This document shows positions 32,981 to 42,276 of a DNA stretch of 64,000 nt, in pieces. Source of the stretch: an uncultured Deinococcaceae bacterium (GTDB lineage Bacteria; Deinococcota; Deinococci; Deinococcales; Deinococcaceae). The notes beneath the pieces were generated by a model. The model did no database searches and was not told where the DNA came from. It worked only from the letters and a program-made list of their open reading frames with translations. The stretch spans positions 17,055 to 81,054 of the forward strand of contig CAXULY010000026.1 of assembly GCA_964252075.1 (NCBI GenBank), read 5' to 3'. Position 1 is the stretch's first letter. Each line of letters begins with the position of its first letter. The position numbers and the translations under genes are program-made.

Positions 32981-34390
32981 CTACGGCGCGCGCGTCCCGC
33001 CAGGCGCCAGCTTGAACCACACGCCCGAACGGTAACGCCACAGCAGCATCCAGATGCGGACGGTCTCCTCGCCCAGCAAGCGGCCAAGGAAGACCCCCCA
33101 CAGCCCCAGGTCCAGCCCGAAGGCCAGCAGGTACGCCACGGGCAGCCCCACCACCAGGACCGTCACCACATCCGAGAGCAGCAGGTACCGGGTGTCTCCC
33201 CCGCTTGCCAGCACCCCGAAGGCGATCATGTTGGACGCCTTGACCGGCATGAACGCGGCGTTCATGAGGGCGCCCCACAGGGCCAGCCGCTGCACGTCGG
33301 GCGTGGTGTGGGGGAACAGCTGAGGGATCAGCAGGGCGCAGAGGCCGAACAGTGCACCCTGCGCGACGGCGGTGAGCGCCCCGAACCGCCACACGCTGCC
33401 GGACCACCGCCAGACCTCCCGGGCGTCCGCCTGCCCGATGGCCCGGGCGGTGAGGATGGTGGCCGCCGCGTTGAAGCCGACGGCGCCCACGATGAAGACG
33501 TTCTCCAGCGCGCTCACAATCTGGAAGGCGGCGAGTTGCGCCGTTCCCGTTCGCTGCGCGATCAGGGCGAACAGGAAGACGCCGCTGCTGAAGATGATTT
33601 CCGTGATGAACAGCGGCAGCACCAGCGGCACGAGTTCGCGCAGCAGCCGCCGCGCCTGTGTGGGGTTCGGCCAGCGGAAGTGCACGCCGTGGCGCCCGAA
33701 GAACAGGGTGCCCCCCAGCAGCAGCGCCCGCAGCACCTGCGTGACCACACCCGCCCAGGCCGCCCCCGCCGCGCCCCACCCGAAGCGCGCCACGAACACC
33801 CAGGCCAGCACGGGCGTGAGCGTCAGCGTGACGAGCGTGACGACCAGGGGCAACCTCGCCTGTCCGACCGTGCGGAAGGTTGAGGACAGCACCACACTCG
33901 CCGTGATGAAGGGCAGCGCGAGGGCGGAGCGGCTCAGGTATGGCCCCCCGATGCGCGCGACGTCTTCCGCGGCGCCCACCAGCCGCAGCACGTGCTCGCC
34001 GGAGAGGGCCAGCGGCAGGGCGATCAGCAGGGACAGCGCGACCGCCAGCAGGATGGAGAACGTCGCGATGCGCGCGAGTTCCTGTCCGTCGCCCCGCCCG
34101 TGTGCCCTGGACGCCAGGATGGCGCAGCCCGACCCGAGCACGGTCAGGCACAGCACCCCGATGAAGAGGGCGTTGTTCGCCAGTCCGACCGCCGCGATGG
34201 TCGCCGTGCCGAGCGTGCCGACGATCACCTGGTTCATGAGGTTGAGGACCAGCTGAACGACGGATTCAGCGCTGACCGGCCACGCGATCCGGCCGATTTC
34301 ACGACGGGTGTGGGCGGCGCTCCCATCCGGACGGTCGACGGACCGCTTCACGGGCCATTCCGACCGGTGGGGCGCGCGGTGAGGGGACAC
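32981..34390 (-). CDS. MATE family efflux transporter
   Basis: IAWPV..VGTLGTATIAAVGL, GAAGAAWA, GGDTRY, GLWGVF; TAGAGT 6 nt upstream of GTG. Confidence 0.9.
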   Translation of the reverse strand: MSPHRAPHRSEWPVKRSVDRPDGSAAHTRREIGRIAWPVSAESVVQLVLNLMNQVIVGTLGTATIAAVGLANNALFIGVLCLTVLGSGCAILASRAHGRGDGQELARIATFSILLAVALSLLIALPLALSGEHVLRLVGAAEDVARIGGPYLSRSALALPFITASVVLSSTFRTVGQARLPLVVTLVTLTLTPVLAWVFVARFGWGAAGAAWAGVVTQVLRALLLGGTLFFGRHGVHFRWPNPTQARRLLRELVPLVLPLFITEIIFSSGVFLFALIAQRTGTAQLAAFQIVSALENVFIVGAVGFNAAATILTARAIGQADAREVWRWSGSVWRFGALTAVAQGALFGLCALLIPQLFPHTTPDVQRLALWGALMNAAFMPVKASNMIAFGVLASGGDTRYLLLSDVVTVLVVGLPVAYLLAFGLDLGLWGVFLGRLLGEETVRIWMLLWRYRSGVWFKLAPGGTRAP

Positions 34391-34542
34391 CGACCGACTC
34401 TATCAGGGCGCGGCCGCCGCGCGGCTCGCGCTTGGCGCGGTGATTCGCCGCGCCGGTCAGCGGCGCCCTTTGCTAGACTGCGGTGTTCCTCCGGGCCTGT
34501 GACCGCGCCGCATCTGGCGGGCGAGCCCGCGACGCCGCCCTC

Positions 34543-34902
34543 ATGCCCATCCCTGACCTGCCCCCCTTGAGCCCGTCCGAGCGCCCCCTCGTGCGCGCCG
34601 GTCCGTGGACCACGCTGGTGGCGCTGGTCGGCATGCTGGCGGTGCTGCTGGGCGTGCAGGCGAGCCGCTTCGAGCCCGCGCGCACCCTCACGGCGAGCGC
34701 GCACACGGTGCCGCTGCCGGAATTCCGGGCGGTGACGCCCCTGCCGGCCCCCGCGACTGGCACGCCGCCCGCGCTGCCGCCGCCGCCCCAGGCGCAGGTG
34801 CAGCGTGAGGCCTCGGTCCGCCCGTCCGTCGCCCCGGCTGGTCCGGACGCGCGGCGCCCCAGCCTCGCGCTGCTCGGGCGGCGGCAGGCGGAGGGCGGCT
34901 GA
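34543..34902 (+). CDS. Hypothetical single-TM Pro-rich protein upstream of secDF
   Basis: TM segment WTTLVALVGMLAVLLG; co-oriented with secDF; start uncertain. Confidence 0.55.
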   Translation: MPIPDLPPLSPSERPLVRAGPWTTLVALVGMLAVLLGVQASRFEPARTLTASAHTVPLPEFRAVTPLPAPATGTPPALPPPPQAQVQREASVRPSVAPAGPDARRPSLALLGRRQAEGG

Positions 34903-34959
34903 GACCCGCCGCGGCCCGCCGACCCCACACCACCTGACCATCAAGGAGCACCGACACCC

Positions 34960-37215
34960 GTGAGCAAACCCAACCGACCCACCGCGAGCCGCGCGTCCTC
35001 CCGCCGCGGTCCCCCACCCCGCAAGCCCCTGCCCTGGACCGCCATGGTCCTGCTGGCGGCCCTGATCCTCAGCCTCGCGTACATCTGGCGCCCCTGGGAG
35101 CACCCGCAGAACAAGGCGGAACTGTGGGGCAAGGACTTCCAGTTCATCAACCTGGGCCTCGACCTGCGCGGCGGCCTGCGCGTGGCGCTCGCCCCGGAGA
35201 ACGGCGCGACGGACGCGGACACCCTGGACCGCGTGAAGACCATCATCGAGAACCGCATCAACGCCCTGGGCGTCGCCGAACCCACCGTGACGGTCCAGGG
35301 CGGCAAGCGCGTGGTGGTGGAGGTGCCGGGCGCCACGCAGGCGGTGCAGGACCGCGTGCTGAACATCATCCGGCAGCAGGCGAAGCTGGAGTTCCGCATC
35401 GTGAACCAGGGCGCGACGCCCGACCCCACCACCAGCCAGTACAAGCTCACGGACCTCGGCCCGGCCCTCGCCACCGGTGAATCCATCGCGTCGGCGCAGG
35501 TCGGCACGGACCAGAGCGGGCGCTTCGTGGTGCAGTTTAAGACAACCGCGGCGGGCGCGAACACCTTCTCGCAGTTCACGCGCGCGAACGTGAACCGCCT
35601 CATGGCGATCGTGCTGGACGGCCAGATCAAGTCCGTCGCGACCATCAACGAGCCGCTGTCGAGCGACGTGCAGATCAGCGGCAACTTCACGTCCGAGGAG
35701 GCCAGCAACCTCACGCTGGTCCTGAAGTCCGGGTCGCTGCCCGTGAAGATCAAGATCGAGGAGGAGCGCGCCATCGGGCCGACCCTCGGCGCGGACGCCA
35801 TCCGGCAGGGCGCCATCGCGGGCCTCGTGGGGATCGGGCTGATCTTTGTGATGGCCTTCTTCTACTACGGCCTGTACTTCGGGCTGGTCATCGCGGCGGG
35901 CCTGCTGTTCACGACGCTCATCATGCTGGGCATCCTGGGCGGCATGGGCGCCACCCTGACCCTGCCGGGCATCGCGGGTCTGGTGCTCACGCTGGGCGCC
36001 GCCGTGGACGGCAACGTGATCTCCTTCGAGCGCATCAAGGAGGAACTGCGGCGCGGCAAGGGCATCCGCGGTTCGGTCGGCGCGGGCTTCGAGCACTCCA
36101 CCGTCACGATCCTCGACGTGAACCTCTCACACCTGCTGGTGGCGCTCGCGCTGTACAACTACGCGACGGGCCCCGTGCGCGGCTTCGCCGTGACGCTCGC
36201 CATCGGCGTGGTCGCGTCGGTCTTCTCGAACCTGGTGTTCGGGCGTGGCCTACTGAACTTCATGGCGCGCCGCAAGGAATTCAGCGCGCCGCAGTGGTTC
36301 GCCACCCCGAAGTTCGACTTCATCCGCATCGCGCCGATCATCACGACCATCTCGCTGCTGCTCGCCATCGGGGGCGGCATCCTGGCGGGCACCAAGGGCC
36401 TGCATTACGGCATTGACTTCACGTCCGGTACGGCCATCACCGTGAACACCGCCAAGACCGTGAACGCGGACGCCGTGCGCTCCGCCGTGTCCGGCGCGGG
36501 CGTGGGCGTGAACGGCGGTCAGACCGCCATTCAGGAGGCCGCGTCACCGAACGCGAGCGTGCGGCAGTACGTCGTGAAGGTTGGCGAACTCACGCAGGAC
36601 CAGATCGGCACCTTGAGCAGCAAACTCGCGGCGCTCCCTGGCGCGAGCGTGCAGCAGACGGAGACCATCGGGCCGTCCGTCGGGCAGGACCTGCGCAGCC
36701 AGACCATCAAGGCGGTCGCGCTGGCCCTCGCGCTCATCCTGATTTACGTGGCGTTCCGCTTCGACATCGTGTTCGGCGTGGCGAGCGTCATCGCGACGAT
36801 CCACGCGGTGGGTATCGTGATGGGCGTGTACTCGCTGTTCGGGCTGGAGTTCAGCATCGCGTCCGTCGCGGCCGTGCTGACCGTGATCGGCTACGCGTTG
36901 AACGACGCGATTATCGTGTCGGACCGCATCCGCGAGAACCTGCGCGGCATGCGCGGCGTGCCGTACAAGGAGATCGTGAACGCCAGCATCAACCAGACGT
37001 TATCCCGCACGGTCATGACGTCGGTGTGCACGGCGCTGCCGCTGCTGTCGCTGGCCCTGCTGGGCGGCAGCGTGCTGCGCGACTTCGGCCTGATCATGCT
37101 GATCGGCATTGTGGTGGGCACGTACTCCAGCATCTTCATCGTGTCCCCGATGGTGGTGTACTTCGAGGGCTGGATCCGCGGTCGCCGCGGCCAGACGCCC
37201 GCCAAGAGCGCCTGA
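34960..37215 (+). CDS. secDF: Fused protein translocase subunit SecDF
   Basis: SecD motifs LGLDLRGG, ENRINALGVAEP, LTLPGIAG, AVDGNVISFERIKEE; SecF motifs GIDFTSG, IGYALND.IIVSDRIREN, TLSRT. Confidence 0.96.
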   Translation: MSKPNRPTASRASSRRGPPPRKPLPWTAMVLLAALILSLAYIWRPWEHPQNKAELWGKDFQFINLGLDLRGGLRVALAPENGATDADTLDRVKTIIENRINALGVAEPTVTVQGGKRVVVEVPGATQAVQDRVLNIIRQQAKLEFRIVNQGATPDPTTSQYKLTDLGPALATGESIASAQVGTDQSGRFVVQFKTTAAGANTFSQFTRANVNRLMAIVLDGQIKSVATINEPLSSDVQISGNFTSEEASNLTLVLKSGSLPVKIKIEEERAIGPTLGADAIRQGAIAGLVGIGLIFVMAFFYYGLYFGLVIAAGLLFTTLIMLGILGGMGATLTLPGIAGLVLTLGAAVDGNVISFERIKEELRRGKGIRGSVGAGFEHSTVTILDVNLSHLLVALALYNYATGPVRGFAVTLAIGVVASVFSNLVFGRGLLNFMARRKEFSAPQWFATPKFDFIRIAPIITTISLLLAIGGGILAGTKGLHYGIDFTSGTAITVNTAKTVNADAVRSAVSGAGVGVNGGQTAIQEAASPNASVRQYVVKVGELTQDQIGTLSSKLAALPGASVQQTETIGPSVGQDLRSQTIKAVALALALILIYVAFRFDIVFGVASVIATIHAVGIVMGVYSLFGLEFSIASVAAVLTVIGYALNDAIIVSDRIRENLRGMRGVPYKEIVNASINQTLSRTVMTSVCTALPLLSLALLGGSVLRDFGLIMLIGIVVGTYSSIFIVSPMVVYFEGWIRGRRGQTPAKSA

Positions 37216-37230
37216 GGTTCCCCGGACGCG

Positions 37231-37258
37231 CGCCCTCCCCGCTCGGGGAGGGCGTTTT
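37231..37258 (+). terminator. Intrinsic terminator
   Basis: CGCCCTCCCC-gctc-GGGGAGGGCG-TTTT. Confidence 0.8.
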
Positions 37259-37292
37259 CGTGGAGCGCGGCGGGAGGCGCTAGACTGCGCGC

Positions 37293-37703
37293 ATGCGGGT
37301 CGTGCAGTTCGTTCAGGTCGTCGTGCTGCTGGCGCTGGTGGGCTACGTGGTCCTGCTGGTGCTGGAGAACCCCGTGACGGTCACGCTGCCGCTGCCGTTC
37401 GGGCTGGACCCGACGCTGCCGCTGGGCGCGGTGCTGGCGGTGGCGGTGCTGGTGGGGGCGCTGTACGCCACGCTGCTGTTTATTCCGCGCCTGCTGATGC
37501 TGCGCTGGCGCTGGCGGCGCGAGGTGCGCCGGCGTGGCGAGGCGGAGGCGCGCCTGCGCGCGACCCTGCAGGCGAAACTGGCGGGCGCCAGCCGACCCAC
37601 CCCCGCGCTCAGCGGCCAGGACGACGAGATTCCCTGGACGGACATCACGACGGACCCCACGCCCACCAGCGAAGGCCGCAACGAGAATCAGGTGGGCGCG
37701 TGA
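37293..37703 (+). CDS. LapA/DUF1049-like two-TM membrane protein
   Basis: TM-ENP-beta-TM-basic helix layout; TAGACT 6 nt upstream of ATG; overlaps recJ start. Confidence 0.7.
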   Translation: MRVVQFVQVVVLLALVGYVVLLVLENPVTVTLPLPFGLDPTLPLGAVLAVAVLVGALYATLLFIPRLLMLRWRWRREVRRRGEAEARLRATLQAKLAGASRPTPALSGQDDEIPWTDITTDPTPTSEGRNENQVGA

Positions 37704-39796
37704 GGGCTCGCACCCCCGCGAAGGCCGCGCCGCGCCCCGTGACGCGCTGGACGATCGCGCCGCCCGCCAGCCGCGAGGCGCTGTGGCGCGTCATGCAGGA
37801 CTTCAGTGTGTCTCCCATGCTCGCGCAGGTGCTGCACGGGCGGGGCCTGACCTCCGCGCACCTGCACCCGGCGTTCCGGCCCACCCCGAATCCCGGCCTG
37901 CGTGAGGCCGCGCGGCGACTCGCGGGCGCCATCCGGGCGGGGCAGCGCATTCGCGTGCACGGCGATTACGACGCGGACGGCGTGACCGCCACCGCCATCC
38001 TGGTGCTGGGGTTGAGGGCGCTCGACGCGAACGTGCACGGCTTCATCCCGCACCGCCTGAACGAGGGCTACGGCCTGCACCCGGACAAGGTGGAGGAGCA
38101 CGCCGCGAACTGCGACCTGCTGCTCACCGTGGACTGCGGCGTGACGAACATCGAGGAGGTGCGCGCGCTCCTCGCGCGCGGCACGCAGGTGATCGTGACG
38201 GACCACCACGCGCCCGGGCCGGACTTCCCGGACTGCCTGGTGGTGCACCCGCACCTCACGCCGGATTACGACGCGAGTCTGCACGACCTGACGGGCGCGG
38301 GCGTCGCGTACCACCTGCTGTGGGCGCTGCACGAGGAACTCGGGCTGCCGGAGCCCCGCCAGTACGCGGACCTGGCGTCCATCGGCATCATCGCGGACGT
38401 CGCGCCGCTCATCGGGGAGAACCGCGCGCTGGTGCAGGCGGGCCTCGCGCAACTGGCGCAGTCCACTCACGTGGGCCTGCGGGCGCTGGTGCAGGCGGGT
38501 GGGCGGGCGCGGCCCACCGCGCGGGATGTGGCGTTCCTGCTCGCGCCGCGCCTGAACGCCGCGGGCCGTATGGGTGAGGCGGACCTCGCGCTGGAACTCC
38601 TGACAACTGAGGACTCGCTGCGCGCGCAGGCGCTCATCCAGCACCTCGAGACACGCAATGTGGAGCGGCGCGCCATTCAGGACCGCATGTTCAAGGAGGC
38701 CCTCTCGCTCGCGGACCCGGAAGCGCCCGCCATCGTGGTGACGCACCCAGGCTGGCACGCGGGCGTGATGGGCATCGTGGCGAGCAAGCTGCTGGAGACG
38801 CACTACAAGCCCGTGTACATCATCGCGCAGGGCAAGGGCAGCGTGCGCAGCACGCCGGGCATCAGCGCGGTGGAGGGCCTGCGGGAGGCGGGGAGCCTCC
38901 TCAAGCGGTACGGCGGGCACAGCGGCGCGGCGGGCTTCGCGATTGCGGAGGAGCAGATCGCGGCGTTCACGCAGCGCATTCACGCGTTCGCTGCGCGCCA
39001 CCCCGCCCCGACGCCCGCCCTGCAGCTTGACGCGGCGCTGCCGCTGGAGGTCGCGAACCGCGAGCTGGCGCTGGAGGCGGAGGGGCTGGAGCCGTTCGGT
39101 GAGGGGCACCGCGCGCCCCTGTGGTGGTTGCGCGAACCGCTGCGCGACCCGCGCATGGTCGGCAAGTCCGGCACCAGCCTGCAGTTTCGCGTGGGGAGTC
39201 TGCGCGGCATCATGCACGGCGCGCCCGGCCTGCCGGACGGCGGGCCGCAGGACGTCGCGAGCGGCCTCGCGCGGGACTTCTGGAAGGACCAGGAGCGCGT
39301 CGAGCTGGGCGCCCTCGGCCTGCGGCCCGCCACGTCCCTGCAGTTCGCCGAGACCCCCGCGTGCCCGCCGCTGCCGCGCCTGAATCCGAAGGAGGCGATG
39401 GGGCACCTGAAGACCGGCTCTGCGGCGTTCGCGGAGGGTGCCGTCGCGGAGTACCTGCGGGACAACGTGCCGGGCCTCACGCTGCTCGGCGAGGACGACG
39501 CTCACCTCGGCGAGGTGGTGCTGTACGCCCTGCCGCCCGAGGACAGCCTGCGGCGCTGGCTCACGCAGGCCCACGTGGCGTTCGCGTGGGGGCCCAAGAC
39601 CCTCGCGGAACTGTCGGGCGGCGTGGGCGGCTTCAGGCTGCCGCGCGCGCCCGAGGCGGCGCTGGACACCTACCGCCGCTGGCTGTGGGCGCAACTGTAC
39701 ACCGCCCTCGATGACGCCAGCTGGAGCGCCGCCGTGCGCCACATGCTGGGCCTGGACGCGGTGCCGGGCGCCGAGCCCGTCGCGGCGGACGACTGA
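37700..39796 (+). CDS. recJ: Single-stranded-DNA-specific exonuclease RecJ
   Basis: HGDYDADG, TVDCG, VTDHH, IADVAPL.GENR, APRLNAAGR, GGHSGAAG, EPFGEG. Confidence 0.96.
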   Translation: MRARTPAKAAPRPVTRWTIAPPASREALWRVMQDFSVSPMLAQVLHGRGLTSAHLHPAFRPTPNPGLREAARRLAGAIRAGQRIRVHGDYDADGVTATAILVLGLRALDANVHGFIPHRLNEGYGLHPDKVEEHAANCDLLLTVDCGVTNIEEVRALLARGTQVIVTDHHAPGPDFPDCLVVHPHLTPDYDASLHDLTGAGVAYHLLWALHEELGLPEPRQYADLASIGIIADVAPLIGENRALVQAGLAQLAQSTHVGLRALVQAGGRARPTARDVAFLLAPRLNAAGRMGEADLALELLTTEDSLRAQALIQHLETRNVERRAIQDRMFKEALSLADPEAPAIVVTHPGWHAGVMGIVASKLLETHYKPVYIIAQGKGSVRSTPGISAVEGLREAGSLLKRYGGHSGAAGFAIAEEQIAAFTQRIHAFAARHPAPTPALQLDAALPLEVANRELALEAEGLEPFGEGHRAPLWWLREPLRDPRMVGKSGTSLQFRVGSLRGIMHGAPGLPDGGPQDVASGLARDFWKDQERVELGALGLRPATSLQFAETPACPPLPRLNPKEAMGHLKTGSAAFAEGAVAEYLRDNVPGLTLLGEDDAHLGEVVLYALPPEDSLRRWLTQAHVAFAWGPKTLAELSGGVGGFRLPRAPEAALDTYRRWLWAQLYTALDDASWSAAVRHMLGLDAVPGAEPVAADD

Positions 39797-39874
39797 GTCG
39801 CCCGGGTCCGGCAACCCCTCGCGTTCCCGCCGCGTACTGCGGGTGGGGTGGCCGCTCGGGCGGACACACCACCC

Positions 39875-39912
39875 TGACACACGCTTGATACCCTGCTGAC
39901 ACGAGGCGACAT
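39875..39912 (+). promoter_or_regulatory. Phased direct-repeat operator upstream of TelA operon
   Basis: TGACAC 39875, TGATAC 39886, TGACAC 39897, CGACAT 39907 (pitch 11, 11, 10). Confidence 0.45.
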
Positions 39913-39941
39913 GAGAGCAGAGAACGCATGACGGGCGACGA

Positions 39942-41015
39942 ATGAGGCGCGTGCTGGTGCCGCTCCTCACGGTGCTGCTGCTGGCAGGCCTGGGGTACGC
40001 CATCTGGGCGAGCGTGAGCGGTCAGCTCGCCGCGCGGCGCGTGATCACCGCGCGCGGCCTGATCGGCAGCGAGAAGGAGGACTTCTTCCGGGACCCCGAG
40101 GTGCAGGCCGCGCTGCAGAAACTCGGCGTGCGCGTGCAATTCGAGAAGGCCGGCTCGCGGCAGATTGCCACGGGGTACGACCTCGGCACCTACGACTTCG
40201 CCTTCCCGGCGGGCGTCGCGGCCGCCGAGAAGATCAAGCGCGACCGCAAGGTCACGCAGACCTACGACGCCTTCTACACCCCCATGGCGGTCGCCACCTG
40301 GAAGCCCATCGCGCGCGTGCTGGAAGCGAACGGCCTCGCGGTAAACCAGAACGGCGTGGAGCGCCTGCGGCTCGACCACTTGCTGCCCGTGATGGAGTCG
40401 GGCAGGCGCTGGAAGGACCTGAAGGACTCGGCGGCGTACCCAGTGGGGCGCAGCGTTCTGATCTCCAGCACGGACGTCACGAAGTCGAACAGTGCCGCGA
40501 TGTACCTCGCGCTCGCCAGTTACGCGCTGAACGGGGAGCGGGTGGTGCAGGGCGGCGCGGAGGCGGACGCGGTCCTGCCGCGCCTCGCGCCGCTGTTCCT
40601 GCGCCAGGGCTACCAGGAGAACAGCTCCGAGGGGCCGTTCGAGGATTACCTCGCGCTCGGCATGGGGAAGGCGCCCATGGTGATGGTGTACGAGTCGCAG
40701 TTCGTGGAGCAGGCGGCGAGGAAGGCGCTGACGCCCGACATGCTGCTGATGTACCCGAGCCCCACGGTGTTCACGAAGCACGTGCTGGTGCCCCTCACGC
40801 CCGCCGGGCAGCGGCTCGGCGAGGCCCTCATGGACCCCAGCGTGCAGCAGCTGGCGGTGCGCTTCGGCTTCCGGACGCGCGACCCGCAGCGCTTCCGGAC
40901 CTTCGTGCGGCAGGGTGGGCTGGAGCTGCCGGACAGTATCGTGGACGTGATTGACCCGCCGACGTTCGAGGTGACCGAGCGCCTCATCCAGGCCATCGAA
41001 CGGCAGGGCAAGTGA
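39942..41015 (+). CDS. Membrane-anchored substrate-binding-fold protein
   Basis: N-terminal hydrophobic anchor; GSEK, TPM, SNSA, YESQ, YP motifs collinear with the SBP domain at 42273. Confidence 0.75.
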   Translation: MRRVLVPLLTVLLLAGLGYAIWASVSGQLAARRVITARGLIGSEKEDFFRDPEVQAALQKLGVRVQFEKAGSRQIATGYDLGTYDFAFPAGVAAAEKIKRDRKVTQTYDAFYTPMAVATWKPIARVLEANGLAVNQNGVERLRLDHLLPVMESGRRWKDLKDSAAYPVGRSVLISSTDVTKSNSAAMYLALASYALNGERVVQGGAEADAVLPRLAPLFLRQGYQENSSEGPFEDYLALGMGKAPMVMVYESQFVEQAARKALTPDMLLMYPSPTVFTKHVLVPLTPAGQRLGEALMDPSVQQLAVRFGFRTRDPQRFRTFVRQGGLELPDSIVDVIDPPTFEVTERLIQAIERQGK

Positions 41016-41037
41016 ACACCGCCGTGTGGAGGAACGC

Positions 41038-42276
41038 ATGACCGACAAGAACAACAACCTGCCGCAACTCTCGCCCCCCGAGTCCCTGCAGGCGCCCGCG
41101 CCGGTGCCCGCCGTGACGCCCGCGCAGTCCGGCGAGATGGTGAATATCACCAGCGAGCAGAAGACGAAGCTGGACGCGCAGGTGCAGGACTTCGTGACGG
41201 CCATCCTGCAGCAGGACGCGCACGGCGAGACCTTCAAGAGCAAGGTGGACAGCATCCACAACCTGGGCGCGCAGGACATCCGGCAGGCGGCGAGCGTCTC
41301 GAACCGCATGCTGGACCGCCCCATCAAGGCCACCAAGATGGGCCTCTTCGACGAGGGCAGCGCCGTCGTGAAGAGCCTGCTGGACCTGCGCCGCACCGTG
41401 GACGACCTCGACCCGTCCAGGCAGGGGGACCTGTTCAGCCCGCGCAAGCTGCTCGGCATGATCCCCATGGGCCGCAAGATCGAGGACTACTTCAGCAAGT
41501 ACCAGTCGGCGCAGGCGCACCTGAACGGCATCCTGCAGGTGCTGTACCGCTCGCAGGACGAACTGCGCAAGGACAACGCCGCCATCGAGCAGGAGAAAGT
41601 GAACCTCTGGAACACCATGCAGCGCCTGCGGCAGTACGTGTACGTGGGCCGCGCGGTGGACGAGGCGCTCACCGCGCGCGTGGCTGAGCTGGAGTTCCGT
41701 GACCCGGAGAAGGCGCAGATCGTGAAAGAAGAGCTGCTGTTCGCGGTGCGCCAGCGCGTCACGGACCTCCTGACGCAGCTCGCGGTGAGCGTGCAGGGGT
41801 ACCTCGCGCTGGACCTCGTGCGCAAGAACAACCTGGAGCTCATCAAGGGCGTGGACCGCGCGAGCACCACCACCGTGAGCGCCCTGCGGACCGCCGTGCT
41901 GGTCAGTCAGGCGCTCGCGAACCAGAAGCTGGTGCTGGACCAGATCACGGCGCTGAACGCCACGACCGGGAACCTCATCGAGAACACCAGCATCCTGCTG
42001 CGCACGCAGAGCGCGCAGATTCACGAGCAGGCGGGCAGCGCCACCGTGAGCCTCGACAAGCTCAAGGCGAGTTTCGACAACGTGTACGCCGCGCTCGACC
42101 AGATCAGCCAGTACAAGGCGCAGGCGCTGGACAACTTCTCGAAGACCATTGACGTGCTGCAGTATCAGGTGGACGGCGCGCAGAAGTACCTGGACCGCAC
42201 GCGCGGCGAGACGAGCGCGCAGGTGGCGCGCGAACTGAACGTCAGCACGACCGCCGACGGCGAGATCAAGTTGTGA
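41038..42276 (+). CDS. Toxic anion resistance protein, TelA family
   Basis: Helical coiled-coil protein; LLDLRRTVDDLDP, YFSKYQSAQ, DELRKDN, QRVTDL, RKNNLELIKGVDRA; GGAGG RBS. Confidence 0.88.
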   Translation: MTDKNNNLPQLSPPESLQAPAPVPAVTPAQSGEMVNITSEQKTKLDAQVQDFVTAILQQDAHGETFKSKVDSIHNLGAQDIRQAASVSNRMLDRPIKATKMGLFDEGSAVVKSLLDLRRTVDDLDPSRQGDLFSPRKLLGMIPMGRKIEDYFSKYQSAQAHLNGILQVLYRSQDELRKDNAAIEQEKVNLWNTMQRLRQYVYVGRAVDEALTARVAELEFRDPEKAQIVKEELLFAVRQRVTDLLTQLAVSVQGYLALDLVRKNNLELIKGVDRASTTTVSALRTAVLVSQALANQKLVLDQITALNATTGNLIENTSILLRTQSAQIHEQAGSATVSLDKLKASFDNVYAALDQISQYKAQALDNFSKTIDVLQYQVDGAQKYLDRTRGETSAQVARELNVSTTADGEIKL

